Source: Barthelona sp. PCE (lineage: Eukaryota). Taken from it: a stretch of 64,000 nt of DNA. Shown one piece after another: positions 1 to 10,650 of this stretch (positions are counted from its first letter, which is position 1; every line of letters begins with the position of its first letter). Made by a program: the position numbers and the translations under genes. The notes beneath the pieces were generated by a model that saw nothing but the letters and a program-made list of their open reading frames with translations, was not told where the DNA came from and did no database searches. The stretch is from assembly GCA_040285745.1 (NCBI GenBank), contig JAUFOR010000004.1, positions 744,001 through 808,000 on the forward strand, read 5' to 3'.

Positions 1-46
1 CAGGTAAGAGATTATGTTTTGGTATCAGTGTCAAACTAACTAATAC

Positions 47-69
47 CTTTGCATAAGTACGTTGTTCAT
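47..69 (-). CDS. Probable first exon (MNNVLMQ...) of a gene that continues off the left edge
   Basis: ATG at 69 is followed by a GTATTA donor at 46. The window ends in TCTTACCTG, the first 9 nt of the 12-nt acceptor motif seen in the other introns, implying an intron of about 49 nt. Confidence 0.45.
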
Positions 70-141
70 GTCTTATGGGTCATTATGGTAACTTGCATAC
101 AAACACAGGTTGTTTAAACAAATCTTTTCCTTTTCATTCGC

Positions 142-1773
142 ATGCAAACTTTTTTTAGACCAGGTGCATCCAGCATCAGGCCTGGAACGTCAACTCGTGC
201 AGTCATGCAGGCAGCTGTGGGCTTAAACTCTGATTCAAACATTAGAGTTGCAGAACGCCCGCTTACAAGCTCAAGACACGGAATTGCCGGTCTCAAAACC
301 CAGTCCACAGGACGCAGGGTTCACGACCGTGGCTTTTTCTTGAGTGTTTTAAGGGAGCAATTCACCAATTTGCGAAAAGAAATCAGTAGGATTCGATCTG
401 AAATCAACAAGTATGAGACAGAAAACGCAGAAGTGGCATCGCTCACGAAAAGGAAGGATGAATTAGATAAGATATTAAAGAACCTGAACACACAGCTCAA
501 TATTCAAAAGCGCGCAAAAACTTTATTTTTGAGCGATTCTTCAGTTGAAGACATCAAGGTAGAAACATCAGGACTTGAGACCGAGGTTAACCAAACCAGG
601 AGTCTGATAGATGACATTTTTAGGGAGCGAAAGAAGTTGGAGAAATCTTTTAAGAACCGTTTATCTCGTCTTAACACCACTGAGAACAGCATTAAGAGCG
701 AATTGAGCCACAACGACTGTGAGTCGATGGAAGAGAAGCAGAAGTATCGAAACGAAACATATGATACTCTTGTTGAACTTAACGATCGATACAATGAAGT
801 TGATGGTAGGGTAGAGAAGCTTATTGCATCAGGCGACTCCAACGTTCTGCAGACAATTGAATACATGCGTCAACGCAAACAGTTGCAGGAGCAATTGAAG
901 GAAGTTAGTAAGGATCCAGAAACAGTGACGCGTGCCCTAATTTCCAGCATTAAGCAGAAAAAGGAAGAGGCTCTGTCCAAGAAGAAAGAGCTAAGTGAGC
1001 AGAAGAAGCGTCTTAAGGGTGTTATCAAACAGTTGCAAGAAAATGAAAGCATTGATGACAGTCAAAAAGAAGCAAGGATGCAGAAGTTTAATATTTTCAA
1101 GGAGAAGGTTGAGGGAATGAAGACATTCTTGGATGTCACCCCTCTAGAATTGAAAAAGAAGCAAAACGATTTAATATACACGAATTCTCGCATTCGAATT
1201 TTGATGGAAGTGTTGAGTAATTACAAAAGCGAAGAGGAGAACGTGGATGTGGTTATTGGAAGGAAGAACACCCAAGTTGAGACGTCCAACACTACTAACG
1301 AATCATTAGAGGCACAGCTTGAGGCAAAGAAGAAGCAGTTGGCTGATGTGGACAATATTGAGGAGAAGTACATTGCACGCATAGAGGAAGTACAGACTTC
1401 AATTGAGGAGATCAACCAGAAAATGGGTAATATGTCCATCCAGCAATACAAAGAGAAGATGAATGAACGGAAGAAGCGTTTAGGTTCGTTGGTTGACGAG
1501 GCACGTGTGAGGCGTGGCCATCTAAGTGCGCTTGTTCGCGAGACATCGGAGAAGTACGAGCATTTGAAATCAACAGTGAATAATTCTGAGCGTGGTCTCG
1601 TTATAGATCAGCTTTTCTCAAAGATAAGATATTTGGCTGAAATTAAGTTCTCTCTCCACGAGTTCGTTAGATTAAACAGCTCATCAGTTGAAACCCAGGA
1701 ATTGGAAGAAGAAACTGATCGTTTACTGGTGTTGCTCAATGATATTCATACAAAGGGCGGAATTGGTTTGTAA
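142..1773 (+). CDS. IFT74: Intraflagellar transport protein 74/72
   Basis: Basic N-terminus with ERPLTSSRHGIAGLKTQSTGRRVHDRGFFLSVLR, matching the IFT74 RPxTxxGxxGxKT..GRxVxD..F motif, followed by long coiled coils. Confidence 0.85.
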   Translation: MQTFFRPGASSIRPGTSTRAVMQAAVGLNSDSNIRVAERPLTSSRHGIAGLKTQSTGRRVHDRGFFLSVLREQFTNLRKEISRIRSEINKYETENAEVASLTKRKDELDKILKNLNTQLNIQKRAKTLFLSDSSVEDIKVETSGLETEVNQTRSLIDDIFRERKKLEKSFKNRLSRLNTTENSIKSELSHNDCESMEEKQKYRNETYDTLVELNDRYNEVDGRVEKLIASGDSNVLQTIEYMRQRKQLQEQLKEVSKDPETVTRALISSIKQKKEEALSKKKELSEQKKRLKGVIKQLQENESIDDSQKEARMQKFNIFKEKVEGMKTFLDVTPLELKKKQNDLIYTNSRIRILMEVLSNYKSEEENVDVVIGRKNTQVETSNTTNESLEAQLEAKKKQLADVDNIEEKYIARIEEVQTSIEEINQKMGNMSIQQYKEKMNERKKRLGSLVDEARVRRGHLSALVRETSEKYEHLKSTVNNSERGLVIDQLFSKIRYLAEIKFSLHEFVRLNSSSVETQELEEETDRLLVLLNDIHTKGGIGL

Positions 1774-1785
1774 AGTTCACATTGT

Positions 1786-2733
1786 TTACATTTTGCTGCG
1801 GTTGCGGGCGGTGATTGATTGGATTCGATCAGATAAATTGGATAAATGATCATCAAGCTTTGTGGATGGCATGTGGCTCTTTTTCAGAGTCGACCGATTG
1901 GTGAGAGGTGTGTGCGACTGTGTGATGGGTCTTGGCGGTGATGCGAGACCAGGGAAAACGGATTTAGATAACGGAGAGTACATAACGTTTGGATCCATTC
2001 TCATCATCTCATCATCCTCAAAAGCCTCATCTGCCTCAATTTCCATAGTAACGTCCTTCTGGATGAGTGTTTGTAGAGTTGTTTTCATGTTTGCGATTTG
2101 TTCATTGGTTAAATCAAGAGATTCGTTGTACATCTTTTCATTATACTCAATCTCTTCCAATTCTTCACGTAGATTCTCCTGCTGCGTCCTCTGGGCGTCA
2201 GTCTTTTCTGTGAGTTCAATAATTTCATTCTGGACCTCACTCTGTTCCTTTTCTAAAGATTGGGTTTCGCTAAACAAATCTTTTTCATAATCTTCCATCA
2301 TGAGAAGAGTTTCCTTAAGGCGGGATTCCAACTCCTTAATGGCAACCTCATGGTCTCTAATATCTTCTTCAGTCTTTTTATGGTCTTGTGCAAGTTTGTA
2401 AAATCTATCAACTTCATCCTTCTTCAAATTACGATATTTGGACTCAACTGCATCGAGATCACTTGTAAGGTTGCTCTTTTCAAGCTCCAAGGCATTCTTT
2501 TGATCTTCATGAGTTTGCAACTGAACAATTTCAAATTCTAGCTCATATAACTCTTTTAAAGTTGTCTCTATCTCATCTTGCAAGTGCTGTTTGCCCTCTG
2601 TCTGTTGTTTGATTTGGTCGAGAACAAAATCAAGTTCACCAGAAATTTTACCCAATGCTGAAAGGCTTTTAACCGGTGATACAGGGTTCTCACCAATCAA
2701 CTTTGTAGCCTTCTCTGATTCTGAACTGTCCAT
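1786..2733 (-). CDS. Hypothetical coiled-coil protein
   Basis: 315-aa ORF with E/K/L heptads and an S/P-rich tail. Confidence 0.7.
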   Translation of the reverse strand: MDSSESEKATKLIGENPVSPVKSLSALGKISGELDFVLDQIKQQTEGKQHLQDEIETTLKELYELEFEIVQLQTHEDQKNALELEKSNLTSDLDAVESKYRNLKKDEVDRFYKLAQDHKKTEEDIRDHEVAIKELESRLKETLLMMEDYEKDLFSETQSLEKEQSEVQNEIIELTEKTDAQRTQQENLREELEEIEYNEKMYNESLDLTNEQIANMKTTLQTLIQKDVTMEIEADEAFEDDEMMRMDPNVMYSPLSKSVFPGLASPPRPITQSHTPLTNRSTLKKSHMPSTKLDDHLSNLSDRIQSITARNRSKM

Positions 2734-2850
2734 AATACTTTAAATTGTTCGAAATGGGAGATATTTGGAGTTACAATTAAAATTGCAATAATAGAAGTTT
2801 CTAGTTTACTGTGTTGGTAGAATATTGATGTTTTACTCCTGTACAATCTG

Positions 2851-3716
2851 TTAATTATTTTCTTCTTGTGATACATCATTAAAAGAATCTTCCATCTCTT
2901 GTTGACTTGCTTCTATCAATTCCTCAATTGTTGTGTCAGGGAAATATCCATTAAACTTAGTTTCTAACTCATTACCAGAGAAACAAGGTAATTCCTTAAA
3001 TTTAAGTTCACCAGCAATAGCGACAGCCATTGTCTTGAACGTAAATTGAGTTTCTTGAGGAAGGGGAAGGTTCTTTATCAGATCACAACAGAAAAGAGTT
3101 CGCTTCTTCCAATCTTCTGCTACGTCGAACCAAACAAAGATTCTATACATGTCACCGCGTCTACTCAAACCAATACCATTGATGTGGTCGCCTCCCAACA
3201 GCCTGTCATACCGACCGCTGATGAAATTAATGACAAACTTCTCACTCACATAGTTCATGATACATCCTGGAATGGTCAAGATGATGTTTTCTCCGTTAAT
3301 GTTACTATCATGTTCCCACATGGGACAAGAGTAGTCCTTGAATAGGTGATAGTTGACGCTCTGTCTATATTCAGTGATTGGCTTCATGTGCTGATATATT
3401 TGCCAAAATTTTTCAACCTAAATGTTAGTGTGTGTGTTTGGGTGGATACAGACCAAACAATGGGGCCTTCGATGAACGAGAGCCGCACATAAAGTGTACC
3501 TACACAATTCAATAAAGCGCAATAAGCTTAATCGAAAAAAATGGTCTGGATTGATCATACAGTGGAAAACTCGAAGAGGGGGAGGATACCTGCCGCATAA
3601 GTATCGTTAGTCACTGTGGTTTGCTTCGAACGTGAAGCATACGACCAAACGAAAGTGTGTAGCAGTGGGTGTTCGTTTTCATTAATCTGTGGTGTGTTGG
3701 GAGTGTCTTGTGTCAT
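2851..3716 (-). CDS. eIF4E: Translation initiation factor eIF4E family, 2 exons (3716-3561, 3417-2851), about 240 aa
   Basis: Splicing joins HPLLHTFVWSY...FEFST to VEKFWQIY; YHLFKD, PMWE and IFVW motifs follow. The ORF track shows only part of exon 2. Confidence 0.9.
3418..3560 (-). other. Spliceosomal intron, 143 nt, phase 0, with fold-back structure
   Basis: GTATGA...ACTAACATTTAG; removal restores the conserved eIF4E (S/T)VExFW motif in frame. Confidence 0.9.
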
Positions 3717-4143
3717 GTGGGGCCCCAAATAACTTGGAATTGGATGTGAAAGGGGAAAAATAGTGTAATTGGGCTAAAAAACTAGCAGAAACTTTCATTT
3801 CTTACGTTTAGGTTAATAAACTGCAACTGAGCACATGATGTAGAAGATGTGCAATTTCAATATCTTCAAAGAGCGAAGCAGTAGCGAATGTTGATCTGTT
3901 TTTCAATAACTTCTATCGATGTTTTATTTGTAATAAAAGGGTGATATATTACTTTATATCCACAATTTGGGAAATAAAAGTAGCATAAATTCAGATGAAA
4001 TAAAAGACTGTTTTTAAAACATTGTAGGAAGATTTATTATGGTAATGTACGTGCTTAGCCATTGAATGCAGGAACATTTAACCCAGAAAAGCAACTCAAT
4101 ATTCTTTTTACTCGCTTTCATCAATTCTTCTTGTTTATATAGA

Positions 4144-4857
4144 ATGCTAAAAGTATTTGAGATTATTGCATCCTTTCACCTTGAGCATCGGATGATGTTT
4201 GTGTCCGTGGCAATTGGGCTTTGTGTTGTTTCTGTTTTGTTGAGTTTGTTTAGACAAAAAGGACCTAAGGGTCGTGAAAACATCAGTGTGATATGCGGTC
4301 CCAACGGGGGTGGTAAGACACTTCTTTTTTACCACATTATGGAGTATCTATCTGGTAAGAGCTTTTTGCCTGAAGATACTATCACTTTACCGAGTTTAGA
4401 GACAAATAAGTCATCTTACGAGGGTAGAGAGATCATCGACGTGCCCGGAACAAGCCGTTTTCAGCATGAATTATTGTCATTATGGAGCAAGTGTAACAAA
4501 TGTGTTTTTGTTGTTGATTTAACTCAATTATATGACGATGATTACGTATATGACGTCGCGGACACATTCGTGAGGTTCCTTGATAGCGAGTATCTCTTAA
4601 GGAACGAATCATTTGCTTTGTTTTTAAACAAAACTGATGAGATCGTCATTGCTACAGAGGAAGAAGCTTTAGAAATCATTGAAACGGGCATCAACAAGGT
4701 CATTGATTCGAAGAATTTACAGCCTAATAACGTAAAGAATCGAACACATTTTTCTTTTGATGATTACAATTTTACAACGTTTTACGACAGTTTGTATGAA
4801 CCTAGTGATAATATTGAAACTTTATATTCATCCGCAGCTAATAAACCCACTCAGTAG
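4144..4857 (+). CDS. SRPRB: Signal recognition particle receptor beta subunit (Arf-like GTPase with N-terminal TM)
   Basis: N-terminal TM, G1 GPNGGGKT, G3 DVPG, G4 NKTD. Start uncertain (4066, 4144 or 4192). Confidence 0.8.
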   Translation: MLKVFEIIASFHLEHRMMFVSVAIGLCVVSVLLSLFRQKGPKGRENISVICGPNGGGKTLLFYHIMEYLSGKSFLPEDTITLPSLETNKSSYEGREIIDVPGTSRFQHELLSLWSKCNKCVFVVDLTQLYDDDYVYDVADTFVRFLDSEYLLRNESFALFLNKTDEIVIATEEEALEIIETGINKVIDSKNLQPNNVKNRTHFSFDDYNFTTFYDSLYEPSDNIETLYSSAANKPTQ

Positions 4858-5276
4858 TCGTCGTCAGAATCTATCATGAGATCTCCATCAAAATTATACA
4901 TTGTCTTAAGTCGAACTTCGAAATTCTCGATATCTGTCATTGTTTCGACCATTGTTTGGAGGTTTTTATACTCATCCCTCTCCCTCTCCTTCTCTAAAGC
5001 ATCTAATTCAGCTGTATTAAAGTCTGTTTGTTGTAAAGAAGAATGTGTAAGTTGTAGACGTTGACTTTGTGTTTTTGCGAATTTTTGAAGAGTTTCATTT
5101 CGCTTGTGACTCAACCAGTTATCACGCATTTGCTCTAGTTCAGCATTACGAACTTTCTCTTCTTGCTCCCTTTTAATTGCTATTTTTTCGTTATCATAAT
5201 TAATCCATCCGTTCGAAGCATCAAACTTCCCCGTATTGCTAACATGTTTAGCATAGAATGTCTTTGGTTTTGACAT
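4851..5276 (-). CDS. Hypothetical protein, 141 aa
   Basis: Charged helical ORF with ATG start; its 3' end overlaps the SRbeta stop by 7 nt. Confidence 0.65.
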   Translation of the reverse strand: MSKPKTFYAKHVSNTGKFDASNGWINYDNEKIAIKREQEEKVRNAELEQMRDNWLSHKRNETLQKFAKTQSQRLQLTHSSLQQTDFNTAELDALEKERERDEYKNLQTMVETMTDIENFEVRLKTMYNFDGDLMIDSDDDY

Positions 5277-5416
5277 GCCTGTGTGTTTGAAAAGGTGATA
5301 TTACGAAAAACACATTTTTTTGGTTGCAAGGGCTTGTAGTTGCCACAGAGTAGTTGTTTACCGCATCCAAAACATTTTTACTCGTTACTACAATTCACAC
5401 CTTTTTCATTCATCGT

Positions 5417-8400
5417 ATGACAAGCGAAGAACCACCACTGTCTCACGAGCCGGAGGTGAAGTCGGAAGAGACACCGATAAACGATGAAGAAGTATACATT
5501 AGCGGAATGGCGAGCGATTTGAAATTGAAGATTAATGACGTTGTTAGTTTACGTAAATCTAAGAATCAGAGCCTCAAGAGGCGCGTGAAGCTTCTCAACC
5601 AAACATGCGACGGCTTACGCGAGCAACTTTCGAGCCTTACTGAGCAGAAATTATCATTAAACAATCAGCTGCACGATAAGGAGGTCGAGGTCACCGGATT
5701 GCTTCAGAAGATTGAGGATTTCCGAGCGGAAATTCAAGAAGGCGTTAGCTTGCGACTTGCAAAAGATCGAGAGATAAGTGAGCAGTCGATATCAATCGAT
5801 ACGCTTCAAGCTGAGCTGGAAACTGCCCGTAGTCAGCTTGACTTGCTCCAGAAGGAGATATCTTTACTGAAAGGATTGCGTACGAAGAATCAAGAACTAG
5901 AGATTGAGTCGAAGAAGTTTATTCATGAAATTGAAGTTCTTAGGACTGATTTACAGCTTGAAAAAGACCAAGTTGAGAGTCTGAGTCAGCGCTTGGTCGT
6001 TGAGAAGCAGAAGAGCAGCGGATCTGAGGAAATCATCGAAACTGAAATTAGGAAAAGATCCCATTTTTTTGATGAGCAGATTGACAAGCTCACTGTGAAG
6101 CTTGATGCCCTTGAGACAGAGAACGATGATCTCAGAGAGCGTATCTATAGCATCAACACCGAGAACGTTGATTTGAAACACCATGTTGACGATAAAATAT
6201 CCAACATTCGTGTTCTTGAAGGTGAGCTCTCGCTTACACGCTCAAAGATCCCAACACCTCGCCCTCCGTCAATCAGCACCATGGTTATGACCGAGCTGAT
6301 GCATGAGGATATTCTTGAGATGGAGACCGAACAGACTCAGTTGAAGACTGTACAGTACGAGCTTGATGTTGCTTTGCAGCGTATTAGAGAGCTTGAGATC
6401 ATTGAGAAGGAGCACACTTCACTTCGTTCAGACTACAACGCTCTTCGGGGTGATTATGAGTCAGTATTGGCCAAGGTTGATGTTCTACAAGTATCAGAGA
6501 AGCGCCTTAATAATGAAAACCACAATATATTAAAGGAAAAGGAGAAGCTCTTTGAGGAGACAGTACATCTACAGGAGGAGCTTGACCTTGTGGCTGATAT
6601 TAAAATTGAGAACAAAGAATTACGAGATGCTGTTGACAGGCTCAAAACCCAGCTGTTCCAAGCCAATGATGAGAGTATGCAGATGGAGAATTTCATGAAT
6701 GAGGGCAAACGCGCTCTGAAGCAACGTGTTATCGATGTTGAATCTCGGGATGAGTCAATTGTTCAGTTGGAGAAAGAAAACAAGGGTCTGCGTCAGAAGA
6801 TGCTTTTTGAAGCCGAAGAGTTTGAAATTCGTGAGGATAAGCTTAAGAAGCGCATTATTAAGCGTGATGATGAGATTTCTGTGTTGAACGATGAGCTCAT
6901 GCACTTTAACAAGAAGTATGACGACACTAATGAGAAGTTGAAGCAAATGGTGGAGGACATAGGTAGCTTGAAGCCATACAAGCGTAAGTATGATATTCAG
7001 AATGATCGTATGGTTGAAGTTCGCGCTGAAAACAGTGAGCTAAAGAAGACAAACCGCGAAGTGATGGCCAAGTTACATGATTATGAGCGAACAAAGCAGC
7101 ACGTCAAGGTTGCTGATGATCGTGTCTCTGAAATGAGGCAGCATGTCAGCGTTCTCGAACGCACAGTCAAAAAACAGTCGAAAGAAATTGACGAGTTGGC
7201 AACGGAGAAAGATATTGCTAGACGCGAAATTGACACTCTACGTTCTTTGTTGGAGTCTACTTCAGTTCCCGTTGCTGCTACAAGCAGTGATGATTTTGAG
7301 GTGCCCAAGGGCATATTTACACAACAGCACGATGTTCTCACACCTATTTTACAGAATTTGTCCACCGGTATCATTCAGTCGCAGGTTTCCATGACTCAGA
7401 CCATCGATCTAGTCAGAGATCAGGTCGTGAACGTGCGTGAGAGCGTTGCAAAGCGCTCAACCCGTGATTTTGTAGTGCAACTGAAGACTGTCCTGTTCAA
7501 ATTTAGAGAACTAAGCAAAGCCCACGCGCGTCTGAAGTCGCAGCACAGTGATATGGCAAAGAGGTTTGAGCTTCTGAAGAGTACCACGCTCAAGATGGAA
7601 CTGTTGCCCTCAACATCGGAAGAGGATATTTTGGCATTTAACCAGAGTACGTTACAATGGAAGGAGGACTCCATGGAGCTCGCTGATATGCGCGGTAAAA
7701 CCATTAAGAGATCGGAGTATGACCTCACCACGTCGAGTCTGACAGCCCAGCTTGAATCGACGCGTCAACAACTAGAACAGGAGCGTAAGTTCATGAAGGA
7801 GTCTCTCACAGACCTCAAGGAGTTCTACGAAGGTCGTATCAACAAGATGACTGATGAGCACGCTTCACAACTGGAGCACCAGATGTCGGTGAAGGCTGAG
7901 ACATTGATGATTGAGACCGAGTCTTTGAGGGAGACTGTTGCTGAACAAAACAAGCAGATACAGTTCCGAAACCAATTCATCCTCAAATTTAAGAACCTGA
8001 TGCCGTATATTAGTTCACTTGAAGGGCAACTTCAGCAGACAAATATGCTTGTTGCTCGTCTTCTGGGACTTGTCAGGAGTGTATGCGAGGATGGCACTCG
8101 TGAGCGTGTCGACAACGCACGTATCCGTCACATTCGCAAGAAGGCTCATGAGCTCATGAGTGCTGCTGAAGAGATTCGTGAAATGAAGGTTCCAACCGTC
8201 ATTAAGTCTTCAACAGAGAAGCTTATGAGAGAGAACAGAGAGCTTGAGCTGCACTATGCCAACCTCAAAACGTTTGTTTTCCAAGTATTCAACATCCTGG
8301 AGGTTGAGCCTGATCTTGATGGTTCACGCTTGAATGATGTGTTGATGGTTTTAACAAAGCTGAAGCACGCTTCCATGAAGGATTCTATTGCTCTTTCTCG

Positions 8401-10459
8401 TATTCAGAATGATATGGCAGAGAAAATGGGAACAAAATTGGTTGAGTTGCAGTCTAATCTATCCATGTCTGTCAAACAGATTGATACGTTGCGTACAGAT
8501 CGGGATCGTCTTAAGAATACATTGCACAACACCCGTAAGGAGTTGAGTGAACTGCAGATGAACGTTGAGATGGAGAGAAGCGACAGTGGGTTCACAGAAA
8601 CCCAGGTTCGCATTCTCACTGAGCAGAACACATCATTGCTTGCACAAACTGAGCAGATGCGTCAGAGAACCAAGACGGTCATAGACGAAAACACCGCTTT
8701 GTTGAGCACTAACTCTTCCTTGAAGACTAATAATTCTGTTCTTGAGAACAGACTACGTGATTGGGATTTGATCATGTCCTGTTTCTCCATGTCTGCTCCC
8801 ATTGCGCAGTACCGTGATATTGTCAAGGGAATGTCCAACGTTGAGTTTAATAAGAGTATTATCGAGTTATTTGTGCAAAGTGTTTGCGCTTTTGAGCCTG
8901 ACACAATTTCTAAGTTGATCTCAGAGACTGTATTGGTTGATTCAACAGCAGATCGTGAGAATATCAGTCTTGCATCACTTACAGTGTGTTTATGTCTTGA
9001 GTATGCCAGATTATCAGCAGATTACGAAGTGAAGTCATTGAAGCTCAAAAGTCAGATGGAGTCAAGCGTTAAGATCAACGAGTTACGTAATCGTGTGGAC
9101 TCTGTCAAGACAAAGAACACTGAACTTAAGGCTACAATCGGAGAGCAGGTTGATGCATTATACAAGCTAAGGAGTAACCATGAGCAGGCGAACATAATCA
9201 TTTCACATCGAGATCTCGAGATTGAGCGCTTGAAAAAGGAGCTTGGCAAGGTTAAAAAGTCTCAGAAGATGATCGAAGACATGAGTCTGCTTATTGAGGG
9301 TCTACAAAGTGCCAAAAATCGATTGGAGAGTGAAGTAGATGCAAAAGATGATCGACTACGCAGCCTAGAGAACAGTAATAACGGTCTCAAGTCGAAGATC
9401 GAAGAAATGATCGGGCTGCTGAATGAACGAGAGACTGACAATCAGAGTTTGCAGAGATCTCTTGGCAAGGAGAAGGAACTGACGCTCATCCTTCAGGAGG
9501 AGAAGCGCATGGTCGTTGAGAAGCAGGGTACCCAGAAGACAGCCAACGATGATCTTTTGCAACAGATTGATACGCAGCGTATCCTCATTAGTGAGCTCGA
9601 ATCACACTCTCAGGAGCTGGAGGGGGCACTTTCCATTATGCGCAGCGAGAAGGCTCTGCTGAACAATGAGAAGGAGAAGCTGGAAGATGAACTTGAGGCA
9701 AAGAAGAGTGAGCTCACACAGGCCCTATCATCTGTAAGTGATAGTGGTCGTGAGATTTCCTCGTTAAAGATGTCCATGGCGGATATGACAGAACAGCTGC
9801 AGAGACCAGTGTTGGTTGAGTCAGGTGTATCAGCATCTGTTGAAACAACAGTGAATGGTGTTCAATGTGACTTAGGTGACAATTCCGACGCAATTATGCA
9901 GGAGAGCTTGCGCAATTATCAGAGCGAACGTGTTCTTCTGGCTGATAAGGTTACAGAGTTGCAAGATGAACTGGATCGAAATCACGATACTATCCGTAGA
10001 GAGGTGCGACAAGAGTTCATGGAGTTCTCTCAGCGTATTGAGTTTTACAAGAGTATTGTTGACTCATTAGATTGTTTTAAAACTCCTCACGACATTACTC
10101 TCATCAAGGAGAGGTATATTGCTTTGTTTGACAAGCTCAAGACAACACAAAACGAACTTGACGCAGTGAATTCTCGCGAGAAACAAATGGAGAAGGTTAT
10201 TGATGAGCTTAGAACCAAGTTCGACAATGTCTCCAAGAAATTAGAAGAAGCTAAGGAGACTATGCGCAATTCAAATGATGGAGCAACCACACTACGCCTG
10301 AGGAAGGAGTTGTATTCTGTGAGACAACAGTATCAAGGGTTATTCCATTCATACCGAGATATTTTGATTGATTATTCGTCTCTTCCCGATCATATGTCAA
10401 AGGTTGAGTTCTACAGGCGCGTGCTTGGTCGTGTTAATGATCAATTTGCCAAGTTATAG
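5417..10459 (+). CDS. Large coiled-coil protein, possibly cytoskeletal or basal body
   Basis: About 1680 aa of near-continuous heptads with no ATPase motifs; first ATG at 5417. Confidence 0.8.
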   Translation: MTSEEPPLSHEPEVKSEETPINDEEVYISGMASDLKLKINDVVSLRKSKNQSLKRRVKLLNQTCDGLREQLSSLTEQKLSLNNQLHDKEVEVTGLLQKIEDFRAEIQEGVSLRLAKDREISEQSISIDTLQAELETARSQLDLLQKEISLLKGLRTKNQELEIESKKFIHEIEVLRTDLQLEKDQVESLSQRLVVEKQKSSGSEEIIETEIRKRSHFFDEQIDKLTVKLDALETENDDLRERIYSINTENVDLKHHVDDKISNIRVLEGELSLTRSKIPTPRPPSISTMVMTELMHEDILEMETEQTQLKTVQYELDVALQRIRELEIIEKEHTSLRSDYNALRGDYESVLAKVDVLQVSEKRLNNENHNILKEKEKLFEETVHLQEELDLVADIKIENKELRDAVDRLKTQLFQANDESMQMENFMNEGKRALKQRVIDVESRDESIVQLEKENKGLRQKMLFEAEEFEIREDKLKKRIIKRDDEISVLNDELMHFNKKYDDTNEKLKQMVEDIGSLKPYKRKYDIQNDRMVEVRAENSELKKTNREVMAKLHDYERTKQHVKVADDRVSEMRQHVSVLERTVKKQSKEIDELATEKDIARREIDTLRSLLESTSVPVAATSSDDFEVPKGIFTQQHDVLTPILQNLSTGIIQSQVSMTQTIDLVRDQVVNVRESVAKRSTRDFVVQLKTVLFKFRELSKAHARLKSQHSDMAKRFELLKSTTLKMELLPSTSEEDILAFNQSTLQWKEDSMELADMRGKTIKRSEYDLTTSSLTAQLESTRQQLEQERKFMKESLTDLKEFYEGRINKMTDEHASQLEHQMSVKAETLMIETESLRETVAEQNKQIQFRNQFILKFKNLMPYISSLEGQLQQTNMLVARLLGLVRSVCEDGTRERVDNARIRHIRKKAHELMSAAEEIREMKVPTVIKSSTEKLMRENRELELHYANLKTFVFQVFNILEVEPDLDGSRLNDVLMVLTKLKHASMKDSIALSRIQNDMAEKMGTKLVELQSNLSMSVKQIDTLRTDRDRLKNTLHNTRKELSELQMNVEMERSDSGFTETQVRILTEQNTSLLAQTEQMRQRTKTVIDENTALLSTNSSLKTNNSVLENRLRDWDLIMSCFSMSAPIAQYRDIVKGMSNVEFNKSIIELFVQSVCAFEPDTISKLISETVLVDSTADRENISLASLTVCLCLEYARLSADYEVKSLKLKSQMESSVKINELRNRVDSVKTKNTELKATIGEQVDALYKLRSNHEQANIIISHRDLEIERLKKELGKVKKSQKMIEDMSLLIEGLQSAKNRLESEVDAKDDRLRSLENSNNGLKSKIEEMIGLLNERETDNQSLQRSLGKEKELTLILQEEKRMVVEKQGTQKTANDDLLQQIDTQRILISELESHSQELEGALSIMRSEKALLNNEKEKLEDELEAKKSELTQALSSVSDSGREISSLKMSMADMTEQLQRPVLVESGVSASVETTVNGVQCDLGDNSDAIMQESLRNYQSERVLLADKVTELQDELDRNHDTIRREVRQEFMEFSQRIEFYKSIVDSLDCFKTPHDITLIKERYIALFDKLKTTQNELDAVNSREKQMEKVIDELRTKFDNVSKKLEEAKETMRNSNDGATTLRLRKELYSVRQQYQGLFHSYRDILIDYSSLPDHMSKVEFYRRVLGRVNDQFAKL

Positions 10460-10650
10460 TCTCATTTTGTGTAAAAAAATACCTGCTTTTTTTTGTGCAT
10501 TCAGTTTTGTTATTTAATATTGTCAATGAGTGGATTACACGGAATAAGATCTGAAAGACAAGAAAAAGAAACATTAGAAGATAATAAGGACTTGTTACAA
10601 TTTCTTTAGCTCTTTCATTTTTTCAAAACTTTTTTCAGCTTTCTCTTGTG

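Noticed and set aside
5417-10459. SMC or myosin identity for the 1.7-kaa coiled-coil protein
   Set aside because: No Walker motifs, hinge or motor domain visible.
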